Source: Clostridia bacterium (GTDB lineage Bacteria > Bacillota > Clostridia > Oscillospirales > UBA644). Taken from it: a DNA stretch of 64,000 nt. The position numbers were made by a program, and so were the translations under genes. Below the pieces are notes generated by a model. That model was not told where the DNA came from and did not search any database. It was given only the letters and a program-made list of their open reading frames with translations. The DNA lies in contig JAFRTE010000031.1 in the NCBI GenBank assembly GCA_017427285.1, positions 64,117-128,116 of the forward strand, read 5' to 3'. Shown piece by piece: positions 60,788 through 64,000 of this stretch (its first letter is position 1; every line of letters begins with the position of its first letter).

Positions 60788-61885
60788 TCACACTTCCTTT
60801 CTCGCCGTGGATAAGATCGAATTCCACAATGCCGGCGCCATTGTGAGAATCTTGTAGCCAGTAGCTTCAAGTTCGGTCGAGCGGTCATAGCTCTTCACGT
60901 CCTGGGCGTAGCGCGTGACCGCGTTCGCCATGCCGTAAAGGGAAAGATCGCCGCCGTCGATCAGATGGCCGAGAACGCCCTCGTTCTCGTTTATGGAAAT
61001 GCCGAATCTGCTGGATGTGAGTTCCACTACCTTCGGCGCAGTAATGGCGGGAATTTTTGCCTCGGTCGCCTCGCGCATCTGTCCTACGATCCGTTCAAAG
61101 ATCGTCTGATCCGCCGCGGCCGTCACTGCGTCCCTGACTTTCAAGAGGAAAGCCCGGTCGTCGGCTTCGATGGTCTCATCGCGGAAGATGCTCATATCAA
61201 AGTCGGCGCTGTTGATCTTGCCGATGTGATACTTCCGCACGCCGTTATCCTGGGCGACCATTCCGTTCGTGCAAGCCAGACGATAGATCAGAGGGCTGAC
61301 GCTGACGCTTCCGAGCCCGACTTCCGAATTGCTGATGATGATTCCGGACTGAACGACGTCGCCGACGCGGACTTCCGTCTGAATGCGAGGGTTGACGACT
61401 TTGATATACATTCTCCGCTCGGTGATCTCGCAGCTCATGACCTGCGCACCGTCCATCCGTCCGATGATCGGCAGGACGGTTTCAGCGACGTCGGCGTTGT
61501 CGATGCGGCGGTACCGGTCAGAGAGAAACGCGCGGACGTTGCCGTCGAGAGTTCTGACCATCCGGCGCTCCGGGGTTTCGGTCTTATGTAGCCAGTGATT
61601 GACGTTCTCCGTCAGCAGTTCGGGGCTGCCGTACCTCATGCGCTCGTAATACTTCGCGGGGATTTCGAGATACTGCCCGATTTGGGAATGCGCCAGATCG
61701 TTCACGCCGAACGGCTCCATCCCTTCGATTTGAAACTTGATGCCCTCGTCACCGTCCACCATGCTCAACGCGGACGTGTCTGCGAGGTAGTCTTGTTTCG
61801 CGTTCTGTTGCCGCTGGATCTCAACGGCAAGTTCCTGTAGAGTTCTTCCTTGTAACATTCTTTTTGCTCCTTTCTCTGTCGGCAT
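60788..61885 (-). CDS. DUF932-family protein
   Basis: 365 aa. FGVNDLAHSQIGQYLEIPAKYY...FLSDRYRRIDN. Confidence 0.65.
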   Translation of the reverse strand: MPTEKGAKRMLQGRTLQELAVEIQRQQNAKQDYLADTSALSMVDGDEGIKFQIEGMEPFGVNDLAHSQIGQYLEIPAKYYERMRYGSPELLTENVNHWLHKTETPERRMVRTLDGNVRAFLSDRYRRIDNADVAETVLPIIGRMDGAQVMSCEITERRMYIKVVNPRIQTEVRVGDVVQSGIIISNSEVGLGSVSVSPLIYRLACTNGMVAQDNGVRKYHIGKINSADFDMSIFRDETIEADDRAFLLKVRDAVTAAADQTIFERIVGQMREATEAKIPAITAPKVVELTSSRFGISINENEGVLGHLIDGGDLSLYGMANAVTRYAQDVKSYDRSTELEATGYKILTMAPALWNSILSTARKEV

Positions 61886-62012
61886 AGATCATCCCGATCC
61901 GAGCCGGCACCACGACTTTCAAATTGCAGTCGTCGCAACATTCACCTTTTGCAACGGGACCGGCGTTGTTACCGTACCCGCTGAACTTTCGGCCGCAGAT
62001 CACGCATTTCAT
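61821..62012 (-). CDS. small zinc-ribbon protein
   Basis: 63 aa. CVICG...CCDDC. Confidence 0.5.
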   Translation of the reverse strand: MKCVICGRKFSGYGNNAGPVAKGECCDDCNLKVVVPARIGMIYADRERSKKNVTRKNSTGTCR

Positions 62013-62227
62013 GATGTGCTCCTCGCGTGCTCCGCGTCATACTTTTTCCGTTCCTCTCGTGAGAGGTCGGCTCGCTGACCTTCCGGGGTTTTCATCCACT
62101 CCTCATACCCTCTCCGGTTGTTCTCGTCCCTAAAGAACGCCCGGATGCTCTTCGAGAGTATTCGGCAGCCTGCTTCGTAAACTTCATCTGGAACGTCAGC
62201 AGGATTAATCTTTACTGCTTGATCCAT
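62009..62227 (-). CDS. hypothetical early protein
   Basis: 72-aa ORF with AAAGGAGAAGGA SD. Confidence 0.5.
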   Translation of the reverse strand: MDQAVKINPADVPDEVYEAGCRILSKSIRAFFRDENNRRGYEEWMKTPEGQRADLSREERKKYDAEHARSTS

Positions 62228-62265
62228 TCCTTCTCCTTTCGCACGTGTTCAACTTGTTGAGCATT

Positions 62266-62460
62266 TCAGCCAAAAAAAATATCGCTGACAGCACAACCAA
62301 GGACGGCGGCAAGCTTGAGAAGAGTGGATGTCTTGGTGACGACTTTCCCCTCGTTGTTTTCAAGTGCCACTATTGTACCGCGCGATACGCCGCTTTTTTC
62401 CGCAAGTTCTTCTTGTGTCATGCCTTTGGATTTGCGGATTTCTTTCAGCTTGTTTTTCAT
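62266..62460 (-). CDS. Cro-like XRE HTH regulator
   Basis: 64 aa. MTQEELAEKSGVSRGTIVALE. Confidence 0.8.
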   Translation of the reverse strand: MKNKLKEIRKSKGMTQEELAEKSGVSRGTIVALENNEGKVVTKTSTLLKLAAVLGCAVSDIFFG

Positions 62461-62496
62461 TCTTCGAGACGCTCCTTTCTTTCGATATCGGGCAAA

Positions 62497-62625
62497 GTGT
62501 TCAACCCGTTGAGCATATAATACACCATTTCCATCGCCTTGTCAAGTGGGTTGAACAAAAAAGTTCAACAAATTTTTCATTTCGTCTTGACAACCGCCGT
62601 ATAATAATGTATAATGTGTTGAACA
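62497..62625. promoter_or_regulatory. lysis-lysogeny switch: back-to-back promoters and repeated operators
   Basis: The leftward promoter is TTGACA (62545-62540), 17 nt, TATTAT (62522-62517). The rightward promoter is TTGACA (62587-62592), 17 nt, TATAAT (62610-62615). Operator-like palindromes are TGTTCAAC-N3-GTTGAGCA (62497-62516) and GTTGAAC-N6-GTTCAAC (62550-62569), with a half-site TGTTGAACA (62617-62625). Confidence 0.65.
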
Positions 62626-62649
62626 AATAACAGGAAGGAGATATCCGCA

Positions 62650-63012
62650 ATGACTCTTGGGAAGATAGTGGAGGAATACCTAAATCTGCACAATATGTCA
62701 CAAAGAAGTTTTGCGAAAAAGTGCGGCATGTCATCCGGCTATATTTCCATGATAGTCAATGGGATAAATCCGCGTTCCAATACTCCAATAGTCCCAACAC
62801 TAAAATCTTTGAACGGTATCGCAAGAGGGATGAGCATTTCTCTTGACGAATTGCTTTCAAAGATGGATGATTCGGTTGTAGAGCTCGATTTCGGTAAATC
62901 GGACGGCTCTGATAGAGTAGCAGAATTCACGAGACTTTTCTCGCAGCTGACGGATGATCAGCAGATGATGATTATTGCTTCCATAAAGGGGATATTGGCA
63001 AATGACAAGTAG
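62650..63012 (+). CDS. CI-like XRE HTH repressor
   Basis: 120 aa. MSQRSFAKKCGMSSGYISMIVNG. It is divergent from the cro-like gene. Confidence 0.8.
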   Translation: MTLGKIVEEYLNLHNMSQRSFAKKCGMSSGYISMIVNGINPRSNTPIVPTLKSLNGIARGMSISLDELLSKMDDSVVELDFGKSDGSDRVAEFTRLFSQLTDDQQMMIIASIKGILANDK

Positions 63013-63059
63013 TGGAAATAAAAAAATCCCGAAGACCTGCGATCTCCGGGACGCCGTGC

Positions 63060-63212
63060 TTATTTTGCCTTGAGTAAATCCTTGAGCATTTCGACGATTG
63101 CTTTTTGGGCTTCTGGTGACAAGCGAGAGAACAAAGACGCCGCTTCGTTAACGTCAACTTTCGCCGGCTTTTGATCTTTCTCGACAGAGCACGTTGCATT
63201 GTTACCCTTCAT
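63060..63212 (-). CDS. 50-aa hypothetical protein (below track threshold)
   Basis: AAAGGAGAAA SD, then MKGNNATCSVEKDQ...IVEMLKDLLKAK. A hairpin plus T-run follows. Confidence 0.4.
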   Translation of the reverse strand: MKGNNATCSVEKDQKPAKVDVNEAASLFSRLSPEAQKAIVEMLKDLLKAK

Positions 63213-63359
63213 AGGCCGTTTCTCCTTTCTTGAAAATGGGGGGACTGCCGGCAGTATAGCAAGTATAGCAAATTTTCGTCTCCTTGTCTTTGAAATGTAA
63301 TAGTATAACTTTCGACTGACAACGACACGAAAAAAGAGTATAATGGATAGGTGGTGCGC

Positions 63360-64000
63360 ATGAAGCGAGTCTTGTTTGCATTATTAGCCGGAGTTGTTCT
63401 GGCGCTTTCCGGTTGCTCTGGCATGACCGTTTCAACCGACTTACCCGTTTCAACCTCTGCCACATCTGACGCCATTGATAGAGAAGCGGCAAAAAACCTG
63501 GAAGCAGCGATCCGGCTTTCTCTCGACGGATATGATGTAACTGTATCTGCATCCGACGATAATGATGACGGCAAATTAGACGTTCTCGTTACCGTTAGCG
63601 GCGGCATAACGATCAGCGAATACTCCTTCGGAATGGTAGCCAACGAAACGATGAAAGCCTTAAATAGTGATTTGCACTATTACCCAGGAGAAATCGGTGA
63701 GATAAAGATTTACGGTTATGGAAACGAGCGTGTAATAAGTTGGAGGACATCCAATCTATTGACGGGCGACTTTTTAGACATACAGAAAGACCCGACCAAT
63801 TCACGCAAGATTACTGACGCCACATTGAGCGATGTTTTGAATTACTGCGAATACATCCCCCCGGAAGATCTCACCAAGAATGAAATTGTAAGGAGTGAGA
63901 GTCAGTCGGCTATCGCAACAGAGCCCGAAACAGCCGCTCAGACGTCCACCACGCCGGAAACAACGAGCGAATCCCTCTCTGGTGCAATTGCTTACAGCAG
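63360..64000 (+). CDS. prophage lipoprotein (3' end outside window)
   Basis: ATG at 63360 with MKRVLFALLAGVVLALSGC lipobox. Promoter CTGACA, 17 nt, TATAAT (63339-63344). The frame is open to the window edge and the ORF is absent from the track. Confidence 0.65.
   Translation, partial: MKRVLFALLAGVVLALSGCSGMTVSTDLPVSTSATSDAIDREAAKNLEAAIRLSLDGYDVTVSASDDNDDGKLDVLVTVSGGITISEYSFGMVANETMKALNSDLHYYPGEIGEIKIYGYGNERVISWRTSNLLTGDFLDIQKDPTNSRKITDATLSDVLNYCEYIPPEDLTKNEIVRSESQSAIATEPETAAQTSTTPETTSESLSGAIAYS

Larger units (their letters stand above)
10162..64000 (-). mobile_element. temperate contractile-tail prophage (lambda-like head genes, P2/Mu-like tail genes); far end outside window
   Basis: Uninterrupted phage modules run from the lysis cassette to the CI/Cro switch. 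Composition and codon use change after tRNA-Ser. The exact left junction is undefined and no integrase is seen. Confidence 0.85.

Noticed and set aside
1-64000. CRISPR arrays, integrases/transposases, IS elements, toxin-antitoxin pairs and known defence-system signatures.
   Set aside because: I found no regularly spaced direct repeats and no recombinase-type or DDE-type ORF by inspecting the ORF track and intergenic regions. Absence by eye is not proof, and an HMM scan would be decisive.

Overview
The first ~10 kb look like chromosomal backbone of a Clostridia-type Firmicute. They hold the end of a mobile-element protein, tRNA-Arg(ACG), glpK, an alpha/beta hydrolase, two paralogous lipoproteins, a zinc-ribbon membrane protein, a flavin reductase, a YolD-like gene, a VanZ gene and tRNA-Ser(CGA). 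From just after tRNA-Ser (~10.2 kb) to the right edge the window is one temperate, contractile-tailed prophage of more than 53 kb. Almost all of its genes are on the minus strand and tightly coupled (many ATGA or 4-20 nt overlaps). Read right to left, the prophage has these modules:
- a CI/Cro-type switch
- a recombination and replication module: DUF932, DUF1351, RecT, MBL, NinB-like, SSB, replisome organiser, G39P-like loader, RusA
- ParB-like, methylase-like and radical-SAM accessory genes
- a late regulator
- an unusual permease + 2x(PP-loop ATPase/ParB-like) operon
- a tRNA-Thr-like gene
- lambda-type head genes: Nu1-like, GpA, W, portal, S49 protease, D, E
- a P2/Mu-type tail: sheath, tube, frameshifted chaperone, tape measure, X, D, V, U, W, J, I
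- a complete diversity-generating retroelement (DGR) acting on the distal tail protein
- a lysis cassette
- next to the tRNA, a plus-strand accessory unit: two XRE regulators, a 39-codon ORF, a structured leader, a glutamine-synthetase-like amidoligase and an AIG2/GGCT cyclotransferase

No integrase, transposase or CRISPR array is visible, and the integrase end of the prophage is presumably beyond nt 64000. The two regions I rate most worth follow-up are the amidoligase/GGCT unit (10.4-12.7 kb) and the permease/PP-loop/ParB operon with its structured leader (41.4-46.0 kb). The DGR is the best-supported special system. All family assignments come from reading motifs by eye; no database search was run.
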